Source: Marsupella aquatica (Eukaryota > Plantae > Marchantiophyta). Taken from it: 64,000 nucleotides of DNA. The stretch covers positions 11,484,830 through 11,548,829 of the forward strand of contig OZ316896.1 of assembly GCA_973895155.1 (NCBI GenBank), given 5' to 3'. Below are positions 27,501 through 41,488 of the stretch, piece after piece. The position numbers were made by a program, and so were the translations under genes. A model generated the notes under the pieces. That model did no database searches, was not told the DNA's origin, and was given only the letters and a program-made list of their open reading frames with translations. How positions within the stretch are numbered: the stretch's first letter is position 1; each line of letters begins with the position of its first letter.

Positions 27501-28969
27501 CGGGGAATGGAGTAGTGGCCCCATCTAGTCTTGCCAAAGTGTGTGGTGTCAACACTGATTGTCCAATCTTTGCAGCAACGAGATCTTTGCCAAAAATTCA
27601 CTGGTTGCAGTGTCCCTCTCACTCACTTCATTCATCGCGAATAATGGGGATCAAGTCCAGGTTTATTATCCAAGAAAACCCCAATTGCCAGCAGCTTGGC
27701 TTCACCATTGATTGGCCATGAACAGCTCACCCCATGGAAATCCCCTTGTGACATAGTGCAACCCTAGCTTAGTGCACAGCAGACTCTTCGCCCGGGGAGT
27801 GTGCACTTACATGACTGCTTGCGGTTCCCCACATAGTTTACGCGCTTGCTTGCTTGCTTGCGTCGTTTTCTACGTGCAAGTACAAAAGGGGCTTCGGCAC
27901 TGAAAGCGGTGGGGCTGCGGCGTACAAGAACAGTCGGACGCGGAGAGTTATCCCTAAAGTGCGGCATGCCGTTCGTCATTTGAGAGTAATGATTTGTTTT
28001 TCAATTTTTTTTGATCCCCTTCGGATTTGGCGTTTGTACTGAGAGATACTCTTTTTGCAATAATTCTCAACGGGAATCGCAAACGCCAAATCCGACACTT
28101 TGTCGCAATTGTTCTAAACCGACGGAATACAACTACAGTAGGTCCCACTAAATCGGACTAAATCCAACTTTTGTGATACTTTCGGAGTATCTAATATCTG
28201 TATCTATTTCTACTGAGTATCTACGACTGTATCTATAGTTTGAACAACTATATAGTAAGGAGTACTTTACAAGAAGTTAGGGGCACTCGGGAGTTTTTTT
28301 CATCAAAACCAATTGGAGTGCTTTGTACACACTAAATATAGAGTCAGGTGGCTAAAAGTATTTTGGAATCATTTTATGGCCCCCAAGGTCTTGTGAAGTC
28401 AAGTGCAACTAGTGATGCTAGATTAATTTGAGAGAATAGAGATTGAGGACCCACTTCATCTGAATGTCATGTATTCTTTGGCCAAAGTCTTTGTGGGTCT
28501 AGTTTTAATACAAATGACTTAAAATAAGAATTGACCAGGGGGCCTGAAGAAGAGACCTCCAAGAGAGATGATCTAAAATCTAAGACAAAAGAGTGCTCCA
28601 CATAAGCAAAAAAATGGGCCCCACTCCATTCCATGTAGGATTGGTCACAGTTTGGTTGAAAGTGCCCCCAACATTTTGTAAAGTGAACAGCAGTAGTTTG
28701 TCCCAAATGGATGGCTCTGATCAGATCTTGGAGACAAAAAAAGAGCCCCCAATATCTTGTAAAAGCCACCCTAAGCTAAAGGTTCTTTGACAGTTAGTTA
28801 CTTCCATGCTCTGTAACCACTTAAGAGTTACATGTCAGCTGGCAAAAGCACCAACATGAAAAACACAACCCTCTACCTCGTGATATGAAAGTTCTGTTAG
28901 CCCTAGGTAGATGGCTACTGCGTTGATGCATTTCTTGCAGATTACTTTGCTGATGGATGATCGATGACC

Positions 28970-30175
28970 AGGATGACACTACCATAGTTTTGGGGGCAGT
29001 GAAGTGATTTCAAACCAGTTAATTTGGGGGATCGGACACTAAGAAACTATTTCGAGATTTGCTTTTGTCCAACTTGGTCCGTGGAGTGCTCCTGGTATTG
29101 TGATGACTGTGGTGGTGGCACGGAGACTGAGCTATCGCTTTGATGCAGTTATTGCATGTCCACCTTGGTGATTCAACATAGACGACTGGGATGACCCTAC
29201 CATAGTTTTGGGGCACTTTAGTGATTTCAAACGAATTAATTTGGGGGATAGGACACTACGAATTACGGTTTCGAGAATAACTGTTCTCCAAATTGGTCCG
29301 TGGAGTACTTCTGGTATTGTGATGACTGTGGTGGTGGCACGGAGAGCTACCACATTGATGTAGTTATTGATGTGGTTACCTCAATGATTCAACATAGACT
29401 AATGGATGACACTATCATAGTTTGGGGGGCAGTTTAGTGATTTCAAACCAGTTAATTTGGGGGATAGGACACTAAGAAATGGTTTCAAGATTTTTCTTTT
29501 TGTCCAACTTGGTCTGTGGAGTGCTCCTGGTATTGTGATGACTGTGGTGGTGGCACGGAGAGCTACCACATTGATGCAGTTACTGCACGTGGTTACCTAC
29601 ATAATTCAACATAGACGACTGGGATGACACTACCATAGTTCTGGGGGCAGTTTAGTGATTTTAAACCAATAAATTTGGGGGATAGGACACTGCAAAACGG
29701 TTTCGAGAATTGTTTTGTCCAACTTGGTCCGTGGAGTGCTCCTGGTATTGTGATGACTGTGGTGGTGGCATGGAGAGTTACCGCTTTGATGTGGTTACCT
29801 CGGGTTCAACATAGACTAATGGGATGACACTACCATATATTTTGGGGACCCTTTGGTGATTTCAAACCAGATAATTTGGGCCATAGGGCAGTGAAAAACG
29901 CTCGTCCAACTGGGTCCGTGGAGTGCGCCTGGTATTGCGATGACTGTGGTGGTGGCACGGAGAGCTACTGTACCTTTATTGCATGTGGTTACCTCGACGA
30001 TTCAACATAGACTAATGTGATGACACTACCATATATTTTGGGGACCGTTTGGTGATTTCAAACCAGATAATTTGGGGCATAGGAAAGTGAAAAAACGCTC
30101 GTCCAACTGGGTCCGTGGAGTGCGCCCGGTATAGTGATGACTGTGGTGGTGGCGTGGTGACGACGGATAGCTACC
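28970..30175. repeat. Tandem array of ~6 x 196-218 bp units upstream of the tetraspanin gene
   Basis: gatgac(a/c)cta(c/t)cata occurs at ~28972, 29190, 29405, 29623, 29823 and 30019. Each unit contains ggtccgtggagtgc...tgatgactgtggtggtggc. Confidence 0.95.
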
Positions 30176-30803
30176 GCGTTAAAAGGCATATGGCGTGTAG
30201 GTACGTCGGCGTCGACGACCTTTGTACCGAGTTTGTTGCTCTGGAGTTGAAGGAAGAGACCGGGAAGGCGATGCCATCTCCAGACGACTCGATTGTCTAA
30301 ACGAGTCGCTTGAGCTGGATCCCACTGCCCACTTTCCCCTGCATAGAATAATCCTCAAAAGCTGCGGCTGCTCCTCTCGTCGTCGGTCTTTCGCTCTGCA
30401 TTGCGGCTGACAAGCGAACGCTTCCACTCTTCCAGGGTACGGCGCGCTCAGGCTCAATCACTCCCGCATTCTGCAGCGCAGCAGCGCAGAGCGAGACCAG
30501 GGGACCTCCCTCGGCGTGGTGCAGATATTGGGTTTTGAGTTCTAGTTTCTGCTTTCGATTTCAGGACATTGATTGAGTGAGTGGTGTCGCTTTGGTTGGC
30601 GATCGTTCTGCGGTAGAGTGCTGTGTTTTCTTTGCCCACGCTCTTGAAGTGTAGCTCTTCGCCGAACAGACAGGGACGACTTCGTTCTGCCGAATGCTGG
30701 GAGAAGAACGAGTGATTGAGGTGCCGTAGAGGTTTAGCTGCGGTGTTGTTGTACTCTTATCGGTGGGGGAAGGATTTCATTGTGCTGAAGGGAGGGAGCG
30801 AAA

Positions 30804-31885
30804 ATGGGGTTGAGCAACAATTTGGTGGGGTTATGGAACATAGTGACGTTGGTGTTGTCCTTGCCGATCATAGGAGCTGGAATTTGGTTGGCGACTAAGC
30901 ACTCGAGTACTTGCATCCGATTCTTGCAATGGCCCGTCATTATTCTCGGGGTGTTCTTACTGGTTGTTTCGATTCTTGGCTTCGTTGGCTCGTGCTGGCG
31001 CGTATCCTGCCTTCTCTGGGTTTACCTTGCGGTCATGTTTCTTCTCATTCTGCTCCTCATCGTGTTCACGATCTTCGCCTTCGTGGTCACCAACAAGGGC
31101 GCCGGTCAGGCGTTGTCTGGAAAAGGGTTCAAAGATTACAGGCTTGGTGACTACAGCACCTGGCTGCAGAGGCAGGTGGATAGGAACAGCACTTGGAGCA
31201 AAATCCAGAGCTGCATGAGCGATGCCAAGGTCTGCAACGACCTGAATAGCGAGTATCCTACCGTGCAGCAATTCAATGCAGCGAAGCTCACTCCTATGGA
31301 GGTAACTAACTCTGCACTACCGTCTTCACTCCTCTCCATCTTGCGTCTCCAGGATAGACTGGAATGTTCTTCGTGTGGAGGACCTCATGATGTACTTCTC
31401 TATGGGTCATTTTAGATGGGTCTGATCTTTAGCTTGCTTGCTACTTCTTCACAAGTCCCCAGTCAACGTGGACATTTGAAGAGCATACATTGCCCTTGCC
31501 TCCTATTACTGCAGGTCCTTGACGTCAATGTTGCCCTATCCTGACCGTTTGTTTGTTTATCACTTGGCAGTCTGGTTGCTGCAAACCGCCTACGTCCTGT
31601 GGCTTCACTTTCGTAAATGCGACTCAGTGGGATGCCAGCAGAGTTAAAGGGACCGATTCGGATTGCAACACATGGAGCAATGATCCCAAGGCGCTCTGCT
31701 TCAATTGCAATTCTTGCAAGGCAGGAGTGTTACAAAATATCAAAAAAGATTGGCGGATTGTGGGGATAGTATTGATTTGTACTCTTGTTTTCCTCATTGC
31801 GGTGTACTCCGTTGGCTGCTGCGCCTTCAGGAATGCGCGCAGATCCGGACCCTACCGAGGCTATCAGAAGAATGGCTACGCTTAA
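30804..31885 (+). CDS. TET: Plant tetraspanin, 2 exons, 270 aa
   Basis: Exons 30804-31301 and 31571-31885 (813 nt). Four TM segments, plant-type SGCCKPP motif, CFNCNSCKAGVL, YSVGCCAFRN. Confidence 0.96.
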
Positions 31886-34009
31886 GCTGAAGTTGAACCA
31901 GGTATTCAATGGGAGCTGCGGAATTGTTTATACTGTAGATAGTGTAGCCGGTTCACTGATCGTGAGCCACATAACAAATGGGTCACGGATATTAAACTAT
32001 ACTCTTGAACAATAGATTGCATTTGTATTTCAGCGTGGCATTAGATGTCGGAGGCCAAGGATGTGAGGATTTCATCTCGAATTTGAAATGTCTCCTCTGG
32101 AAAAGATGTAAAGAAAAAAGGTTCTGCAGATGTACGAGAATTCGTCTTTCTTGCCATATAGTTCACTGCCATCAATGTTTGCATTTCTTGTTGTCTTCTG
32201 CATCCTTCCTCCCGACGTGAGTCCTCGAAGACTTGGGGTCGTAAAGTGCTTGATGGTTCTCTTGATCCTTTAGTCTGGCTTCGTGTCCCCTTTCAAGATG
32301 TCAGGCAATCTATGTTTAGGGTGTCAGGACTGGGCTTTGTTGGACACAGACTGCTCATGCAAGGGCTTGAGACTTTATCAGCCACGGCTAGGTTGATAGC
32401 CGTACTTCTCGGAGGCCATTGTTCTGGGCACAACGCTGACGCATTGACGACAACAATCTTAAAATAGAACATATGCGAGTGAGAACTACGAAATCCGTTG
32501 TCAGGATTAGAAGACCATTAAACTTACGCGTACTTGAGACTAGTCATGTGTTTTTAAGGATAGAAAGTTTATGGCAGGAGCTCCGCTTTATTGCTTCACC
32601 TGAATCCAAACAAATCTGGCAGATTTCGTCAAAAACGGTCGACGTAGTCGGTTGCCAGAAACTGACCTATTAACTGGGACAAAGGAGGTTACCCGATTGG
32701 AACGATTTACGGCCCTCTTGTGGTTTCTGAGCAGTGGGAGAATGGGATGGCACTCACAATGCAGTTCATTTTCCACTGGGCATCCACTTTAAATCTGCCT
32801 CCCCCGAAACACCCAGCCTACCTTCAGATTTCTTTTCGCACTCTTTGGTCCTCGAGTTTCTACACTTTAAAAAGTCCGAATGCTGGCTCTCGCATGGACA
32901 CTTGTTTGATCAGATCATCACAAGCAAAGAATTCGGCCATGTCTGGACTGGGAGTCGAGGAGGTTTTTAGCGAGAGTTATGTGCAGGTGAGTTGAGAAGC
33001 AAATGTTCAGAAATCAACAAGGTATAAAGTATAGTGCAGGTAAAATCTCTCAAGAAGCTTTGGCCAGATGGAACTCCAATAATAATTCAAGAGCCCAACA
33101 GCAACTACACATGGAGGAATGCAAGACACCGACGAAAGTACAGGAGAAAAAGTCAGGAAACGGTGGTACTTCGTTTCAAATATTAAATTTTCCACTTAAC
33201 GAGTAGACCTGGGAGACATCACCAAGAGAATAAGAAATACAAAGAATTGTGGCCAAAAGTAACCGGGTTCGGAACTGTGTGTAAATGTCACACTAACCAC
33301 CGGATGACGAAAATTGATGTGATGACTCAAAGGCGATTGCTATGGAAGCTCGAGACCAGCTACAGCTTATCAAACAAAAGAAAAGCAGAAGTGAGACAGG
33401 GGCCAAGAATACAGGGTTAGGTGAACGATGACACTCTCGAATATTGGTGAGTTAGCTTTGATTATGTGCATGGTGTGACATTGCTTCGCTTCCACATCAC
33501 GTGCTCTCAAGGCACACATAGTGCTGCCCACGGAATTGTTTAATTAAACAGAGACTTTCCGTCGAAGGAAGCTTTGCTGTGTGCAGAACAGTCCCAGACA
33601 CAAAGCATATCCACCCAAACTACGGTGACAATGTGTCTGGAAAAGTAGCCAAGGGCAATCCAACTGAAGACTTCATTTGGACAGCCAGTGTGCTGTCAAA
33701 TATACTTGGTTAGCATTCAGCAGTTGTCACAAGTCTGCCTCGCTGTGTGAAGACTCATACAAAATAGCCGCTTTACTCGTTGAAACTAATTTACAAAAAC
33801 GAATTGCTCTAGTCTGTACAAGGGCACCCAACCAAGTACGCGAGGTGCATCAGCAGTAATTACATTCTACGATAATTACAAATAGGAGATCTTGGAAGGA
33901 TTCCCGAATCTGGGTCCATTGATTCTACTATTCCCTTGTTTCCGTTGCCGACTTTTCGATAAAATTCAAGGATAGCTCAAGGTGAAGGGCTATACAGCTC
34001 TAGTGCAGA

Positions 34010-35762
34010 TCAAGACTTCGAAATGGAAAGCCCGCTTTCGACCCAGGCCTTGTAGCCACCCACCATATCGGTTATGTTTGAAAACTCCTGTTGCACGCAC
34101 CATAACAATTACACTGTTAGATGTAGATCGACAATATGAATATCAAGTACTCCCATCACTAAATTGGCAAGGACAACGCTGATTTGCATTAAGACCTACA
34201 CAGATTTCCACTTTGAAGCCGTTCCAAGTAAATGGTCCAATTGCTGCTCATGAAATCTAGTGCCACCCTCTGGCGATGTGAAATCAGGAATAATAAGCCT
34301 AGGGGCTTACTGCAGCTTGGAGCTCGGCGGCTGCCATTAACGACCGGCGTCCACTTAGGCAACCCTGTAAGCCACGGCCCAACGAACGATCATTAAGCTT
34401 TGTGTCACAAATTACGATCTGACTTATGATCATGACAATGTAGCAAATCAACAACAATTCCTCGACGTAACTCTAAGAAAATAAAGCTGTCGCAAGGGCT
34501 AAAACCTTGAATTACTACCGGATCTTCAAAACGGATTTCATAGTGCATATAGGATAAATTTCAGAAATGGATAAGATTTAAAAAAACTTTGGGTATGCAG
34601 TTCGAAGCCTCAAGGTGCATGAAGACCCCGGTTGTGAGGAAAAAGATGAATCTACTACAGAAAACTGTGTTAAGATGCATGGAACAAGGTTCATCTCGAT
34701 AAACTCACTTTATAACCTCAATTCGAGAGCAACGCATCATCAGAAAGGAAAAACCGGCAGACTGCAATCGACACAATTTCTCACTTACCACGACCACCTC
34801 ATCATCCTTATCGAAGACTCGAGATATCTCCTCCAAGAAGTGCAAATTCTTAGTCATACCTGTTACGATTTCACAGACTAAATCATTCGTCACCCATTTT
34901 GCGAAGCTTGTGAGAATGGTTGAAAATTCTACAGTCCATTCTAACCTTGCCCGAAAGGAATCAAAACCACCCCAGAGCAGTACGGAAGATTTTTGAACGG
35001 ATGAGTGATGCCAGGGATTTTGAGGAAGTACCTCCGCCGGCATTTTTCAAGTATGGGACATTCACAGCTCCCTCAACATGCCCAGCGGCGAACTCCTCCG
35101 TAGTCCTGAACACATCCAAGATTGGTAAGAGCTCTTCCTGGCTAAGTACAAACATAGAATCATTTCGCCTACTCATGCCCATCAAGACGAAGCGTTGGCG
35201 AATTGAAGACATGATGCACAGTAGATCCGGATGGAGAAGCTTACCGAACATCAAGATAGCGGTGTCCAGCATTGAGGAGCTCGCGTGCAACCTGCACTGG
35301 GACGCTCCGGATGGATGCCGTCGCCACTTCATTGTTCTGCGTATTTACCTGCACACTGTAAGAGTCCGACAAGCCGAAGATGAGTCCATGCGGAAAACTC
35401 AAACCGAGCTGATTGTAAACTGCTCGGATCTTCATTGTGTTCACCGAAAGGACAATACGACGAGAGCTCGTCCGAGGAAAATCCTTCCACAACCCGCGGA
35501 AAAGATGAGTTTATTTCTCGTTGCTGAGAATCTTAGACATATACCTGATGAATCGACGGCGGGACTCAGGTGCTAGCCCAAGTAAAGAAACTGGCGAAAA
35601 TTTAGTCTCAGTGCAAGTCGATCTAGACGGAGTAGCCAGCGGCTGAAAATGCGGTACCAGGTTTCGCACAGCGCACAAACTGCCCCCGGCATTCATTCTG
35701 GAGGCCAGCAACGAAGCTCGCAATGATCCAGCGCTCAAAGCATGAATACTAACGGCGGCCAT
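34010..35762 (-). CDS. Single-domain rhodanese/sulfurtransferase (STR15/16-like) with plastid transit peptide, 201 aa
   Basis: Exons 35762-35545, 35355-35245, 35105-35032, 34859-34789, 34364-34311, 34087-34010 total 606 nt in frame. Motifs: YLDVRTTEEFAAGH, active-site loop GCLSGRRS, GGYKAWVESGL. Confidence 0.93.
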
Positions 35763-36154
35763 AATGTCGTCAAATTGATGCCACGAAAAACGAAAAAGGC
35801 TCCCAACCCTCAATTATTCCAGACCGAGCTCAGACGAACCCAATTACAGCACCAGTCGATCGCAAGGGGCGCGATGAGCTAATCGACCAACAAAGCTACG
35901 CCTTCTGGAGTTCGCCCGATCTCTCCCACTTTCCCCTTCGAAATGTCAATACCTAACCGAGATATATCAATTCTATCAACAGCAGAGCTTTCAATCACGT
36001 TGCATCAGGTTGATCAGAGCTCAGAAGCCACTCCACCTTTCCATCTCCCGGATGGCGATCCGATCAGATTTATAATTGCAGATTGAAGCAAGCCCGGACC
36101 GAATTCCCCCCTTGACAGATAGCGATGATCACCGCTGCGCAAGACGCCGAATCC

Positions 36155-36705
36155 AGCAAGGCGAAACGCAACGCGTGACAGGTAATCACAAACGGTACCC
36201 CAGAGGCAAAGATTTCGTGGGTGTGCAGTCTTTTTTCTGTCTCTCACACACGCGTCACTACTGGTCGACAGGAAGCAGAAGAATCGATGATCTCAATGCC
36301 CAAATCGAGCTTCATAACATTCTCAAAAGCTGGCGAAACGCAACGAGCGACAGGTAATCACAAACGGTATCGCACAGGGGAAGATTTTGTGGTTGTGCAG
36401 TCTTTTTCCCTTCTCTCAGGTCGCACAAGTGACAACTGCGATTGCGGGTGGACAAGAAGGAGAACAATCGATGACACCAATGCTCAAAAATCGAGATTCA
36501 CCACATTATAAAAAGCTGGCAAAACGCTTCGAGTGACTAAGAGATCACAAACGGTACCCCACAGAGAAAGATCTTGTGGGTGTGCAATCTTCTTCCCGTA
36601 TCTCAGACACGAGTCGCGTCTGCGATTGTGGTGGACATGAAGCAGAAGAATGAATCGATGATCTCAATGCTCAATCGAGCTTCACCACATTATATCAAAG
36701 CTGTT
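36155..36705. repeat. Three ~175-185 bp tandem units upstream of the rhodanese gene
   Basis: ggc(g/a)aaacgc...atcacaaacggta occurs at ~36160, 36332 and 36518, each followed by aatcgatga...aatg. Confidence 0.85.
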
Positions 36706-36961
36706 CTTCTGCTTCTCTTCCTTTCGCACTCCTTCACCAAATTTCTTTCCTCCAGAGGTTTGCTTCTTCTTTCGGGCTTCTGCCCGCGGTCAGCGGTCTC
36801 GATGACACTATTCTGTCATTTTCTCTCTTATCCATGTTTACGTCAGCTAATGTCCGAACCACGTGGGTTGTAGGGCCCACCACTTTTCTCTGCCCGACTG
36901 CCCGTGGCAGGAGGTGGGTGCATTCTCGAACGGGCAGAACTCATCACTGTGGCACAGAGCA

Positions 36962-37190
36962 ATCTAACGGCCCATGGGGTGCCCTCGGGTTTAGTGGGTG
37001 AGATCTCAGCCTTACATTACAGGATTAATCGTTTCTGACAGGAGGATTAGTTATTTGTGACATGAAATGCGTCAACAACGAGGCCGTTGGAGCAGGGCTT
37101 GAAGATCTAACGGGCCATGGGGTGCGCTCGGTTAGTGGGTGAGATCTCAGCCTTACATTACAGGATTACTCATTTCCGACATGAAAGGTC
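36962..37190. repeat. Two-copy ~80-bp direct repeat (period ~143)
   Basis: atctaacgg.ccatggggtg...tagtgggtgagatctcagccttacattacaggatta occurs twice. Confidence 0.85.
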
Positions 37191-37241
37191 AACAAGGAGG
37201 ATGAACAGTCCAAAGTAAGTCATACAGATTCATAGATTGGC

Positions 37242-38030
37242 ATCCAAATGTGTATATCAAAGTGCCAAAAAGCAAAAAGGCCATTGTGTATATCAAAGTG
37301 CCAAAAAGCAAAAAAGGCCAAACAGGAGAGGGTCCCAAAGACAAAGTAACCCAGTAAAGGGGAAGAAAGGGAAGAGGGGAGGGCCCCAAGAAGAGCCAAG
37401 AGGCCAAGCAAGGCCAGGAGTCCCCCCTCACAACCTAGGAACAACCACAAAAACCAAGAGCCCTCAAAGGAACAAGGAAGATTAAAACCCTAGTGTGCGG
37501 AGAACTGAAAAGTCTGGTAGAGCTCCAGAGTAAACCACATAGGAGGGTTACGAAGTGGAATCTATATGGAGGCCCTAATACCAACCTTCTCGGCCCTACA
37601 AAGGATAGTGAAAGCCTGAGCCCTCTCAAGAGCCATGGATACCCTCTGTCTAAAGAAGGCGATAAGGACTGGGGGAAAAGGCCTCCACTCAATACAATAA
37701 CCGCACAAGCCCCGAGGAACTGGTCTAAGGTGGGGTGGAGAGCACCAAAAATCTCTAGAGCAAAAAGGAAGAAAAGATCTCCAGGGTAGCCTACATCATA
37801 TGCCTCCTCCTTAATGGAAGGCTGAGCCAGCATGCCCCCCAAAGCAAAGAGAGTAGAGGAGGGTTGGCTGCTTGCACACTGGGTGTGTCCTTGAGGGATC
37901 TTCAGCCCGGGTTCTTGACGCACCCGGGCTAAAATGATGCCAGAGCCTCACAACCCACTACGACCCCCTCTGCCTCCACCTCCGCCTCCGCGATTCTCCA
38001 ACTCCACCTCTGCCAAGTCTCATAGATTGA
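37242..38030 (-). mobile_element. 5'-truncated non-LTR retrotransposon (CRE/RLE-type C-terminus) with 21-bp target-site duplication
   Basis: catacagattcatagattggc flanks both ends (37221-37241, 38031-38051). Frameshifted peptides PGDLFFLFALEIFGALHPTLDQFL and FFRQRVSMALERAQA are present. The 3' tail is a duplicated ~34-bp unit. Confidence 0.75.
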
Positions 38031-38088
38031 CATACAGATTCATAGATTGGCTGTTTGTGGTTGCCCTTCTGCAGCGTGATTTAGATTA

Positions 38089-38508
38089 CTAGCACCGACT
38101 ACCCGTTCTTTGAACGTGAATAGTGGAGAGGACAATAAAAGAATTATCAAAATATATTTTCTATTGAATAGCAAAAAGAACAATAAAAAATCAAAATATA
38201 TTCTCTATTCATATTCTTTGAAGGGTAATGACATGATAAAAAAATTCATTATTTTTATAGTCATATATAATAGATCATTCTCTTTTATGTGCATATCAGT
38301 CTTTTTGTATCTACATCCATCTTCTATGCACATATGTTGTGGTGGAGCCATAGTGCCTATATTTTTTGAATGTAAATATTTAGAAATTATCACAAAAAAA
38401 TGACATGTACATGCATCATAGTCATGTCATGAGTGTTTCCCATGTACATGATGACCATAGAGTTACGGTCTAGAGGCTTCACTCTAGACCTAGCCTCTTA
38501 AAAGTAGA
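38089..38508 (-). mobile_element. Non-autonomous Helitron-like element (~420 bp)
   Basis: Minus strand starts TCTACTTTTAAGAG, carries the TCTAGAG-n6-CTCTAGA palindrome, and ends CACGTTC-AAA-GAACGGG-TAGTCGGTG-CTAG|T. AT-rich body. A second copy lies at ~50370. Confidence 0.7.
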
Positions 38509-40112
38509 CTTCACTTGGCGCTTTTATAATAAGATAATGTTTATTGTTGTTTCCATTTGGAGCTGGGATGGAGTATTCTCAAGAGGAGATTCTATTAATG
38601 AAAACTCAAGATATTAGATATGTGCGCAACAAGGCACAACCAGAGCAGAAGGTTTGTCTTTAAATCTTATCTGTTTGCCGTCTTGCTTGTTAACTAGGTA
38701 TAGATTGATTTTATTATTATAGCAGCCTAACGGGGTCCCTAAAGAAAAATCCTCATGGTGAAGTTAACCTACATTGGGTTGGTGTTTATCCATGTGGTCT
38801 TCTCCTGCTCCAGAATGGAGAATGAAGATGGGCATATGTGGAGAGGTTATGTGCAGAAGTTACTTCCAAACACAAAAACACCCTCATGGTGAAATTAATC
38901 TACAGTGCCATGACCTAAAGGTGTGGGTAATTAGATGAAGCTTCGTGATCTTGGGTCCTTAGTATAAAGTGCACTATCACTGTACAAATCACATGTAAAA
39001 CCACATGTAAGTGCAAATACCTGCCTTCTCCCCTTCCCATAGTGTGAGCTCAGGCAGAGCTGACTATCACATTTAGAAGTACAAAGTCTGCAATCTGCAG
39101 TTATCTCAATCTGAATACCACATGTAAGTGCAATCTTGGGTTTCTTCTGGGAGTGTGAGTGCAAACCACATGTAAGTGCAAAATCCTGGCTTCTTCTGGG
39201 AGTGTGCACTTAGGCAGAGCCAACTGACATCCTTAAGTACAAAGTATGAAAATGTGAACTCATAGCATAGTGAAAACCACGTGTAACTGCAATTCATGGC
39301 TTAATCCAGCAATGTGCACTTAAAGCCAACTTGCATGTAGCAGCCCTAAGTGATGCAGCCCTCAACACATATGAAACGGTTGGGAAAAAGCAAATCTGGT
39401 TTGACAACAGTATCTGCTTCCTTGCTTCCCAACAACGGCACAGTTGACAACAAGAATACACTGTTTTTCATTTTATTTTCAAGGCAGAGTTCACGACTTC
39501 AAGGGCTGAAAAGTTTCCATGACATGAGTTATTTTGATGGCCACAAAACACATGCGAGTTGGTTACTAGGCAGAGCCTATTAGGGCGTGTCAAAGCTTGG
39601 CCTTAACAAGATAAAGCCCTCCCATAACTCAAGTATTATGAGAACTCCCGTAAAAGTTATGGGAGCCAATGTTAGGCTAGTGTAAGGAAAGCTCGCAGGC
39701 TCAACACTTAACGTGTAACTTTCTTGCGACTGTAGGCACGAATCCAAAACTCTGGAAAGTCGCGATTGAAAGCACGTGGGATTTTCTCATGACGTGGTGA
39801 TCGTTGCTACATTTCAAGTGACCGCTAATTAAGAATGGAGGAAAAAAATATATATGCTATGAGAGAGGTGAGGCACTAACTCCTCCCTTATCACTGAATC
39901 AATGCTACCTCCCCCATTTTAACATTTCTATAACGGGGTCCCATAACCTGGATATACCACAAATCCTTTAACTTTCGCGCTTTGAGAGGCACTATTGTAT
40001 GCTGGGATGTGGGTGTAATGTGGATGTAACGTCGTGTAACCGCCTTATCTGCTCAAACCCAAACACAAACACAGGACACAAACGAAGCAGTTTTGCAGAA
40101 GGGATTGAGAGC

Positions 40113-40500
40113 ATGGCTATGGCGGCAGCAGCGCAGGCTCTTGTTTGCGCGGCGTCGTCGTGCAGCAGCAGCAGGAGCCACAATGGAGTCATCTCGCCAT
40201 CCTCCTCACGCACAGCACGAGGAGAGGAGAGGACTAGTATGAGCTCAAGATCGGACTTCCTAGGAGCCAAAAATGGCTGCGTCATCTCGCTGCCTCGGAG
40301 ATCTAAGACCACCGGTTGCGAGTCTATGGCTGTCGAGGCCGCGCTGAGCCGGGAGAAAAAGGCCACGGTCGAGAAAGCGAGGCAGCAGCTGGAAGGAGCG
40401 CAACTTGTAGCCGGAATCAAGTATAGCGGTCTCACAGTGACCCTATTGCAGACATTAAGGAAATCTCTGCCTGAAACTCAGACTCTTATCGAGAAAGCAG
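40113..40500 (+). CDS. RPL10: Truncated plastid ribosomal protein L10 fragment (transit peptide plus first ~50 aa); candidate first exon of Psb27-H2
   Basis: Ser/Ala-rich cTP, then ALSREKKATVEKARQQLEGAQLVAGIKYSGLTVTLLQTLRKSLPET (L10 N-terminus). It stops before the conserved KNTL motif; donor CAG|GTTAAG at 40500. Confidence 0.8.
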
Positions 40501-40599
40501 GTTAAGCGCCTCAATAATACACTCCGCCTCACAGCTTTCTGCATTTTGCAAGTGTTCAATTTGAGTAAACAATGATGGGAACCGCCAATTGTCAACCAT

Positions 40600-40830
40600 T
40601 CTTACAATGGACTGTAGAATTGTCAACCATTCTTACAAGCTTCGCATTGTGGGTGACTAATCATTTAATCTGTGGAACCTTAACAGGTATGACCAAGAAT
40701 TTGCACTTCTTGGAGGAGGTAGCGCGAGTCTTCGATGATGAAGTGGTCGTGGTAAGTGAGAAAATGTGTCGCTTGCAGTCTGCGGGTTTTTCCGCTCTGA
40801 TGATGCGATGTTCTCGAAATTGAGGTTTTA
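40600..40830 (+). repeat. Inverted copy of rhodanese exon 4 with flanking intron sequence (source ~34940-34710, minus strand)
   Basis: taacag|GTATGAC(C/T)AAGAATTTGCACTTCTTGGAGGAG...GTGGTCGTG|gtaagtgag is present in both copies; exon length 65 nt here versus 71 nt in the source. Confidence 0.93.
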
Positions 40831-41488
40831 ATGTATCTATGTGCTATTGTTTCAAGATTTTGTTCAATCTCCGGTTTTTGGTGTCCTCTTGCTTCAACCT
40901 CAAATAGTAACAGATGCTTTCACTTTGAGTTGCTCAATGTGGAATTTACCATTAGAGGAGGGTAGTTCACAGGCTGGAAGACAGGTTTTTGTGCTGGTTG
41001 TAACTTCCACACTAACGCCTTCGACTTTAAGCTTGCCAAGCACTCACTTTCTTTTCCGTACATGAAATCGTTACTTGAGCTGATCCAATTTCTTCATTGT
41101 GACCCTGTACTTATTAATTGGTACTTAGTTGTCCATCGCTTTAGTTTACACAGAAAGGTTAGGAAACTCGTTCTTGAAGTTCTATCTCCTGAAGGAAAGA
41201 GAGGTCAATCATCTCAGCTGGGACCCATGCTCTACTGAACTTTCTACATGCTTGCCCAATATTTGGTATGATGCTTCCTTATGAGGAATTACACTTCAGT
41301 CGCGGATGGAGGGACGCTAGACTCGTAGGGCAATTTCTTTCTAAAAGTTGCTGTAAACACTGTAGGTGGAAAATAGGGTGACAAGCCTCTGTGATGATCT
41401 CCTGAAAATTAGAATTAATCACATCCTTCTCTTCCGTCAGGCTGATAAATAAGGTGATGAATTGATGGTATTGAATGTTCTGCAGTAG

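Noticed and set aside
34920-35576. 218-aa plus-strand ORF
   Set aside because: Antisense to rhodanese exons and introns, with no recognisable domain.
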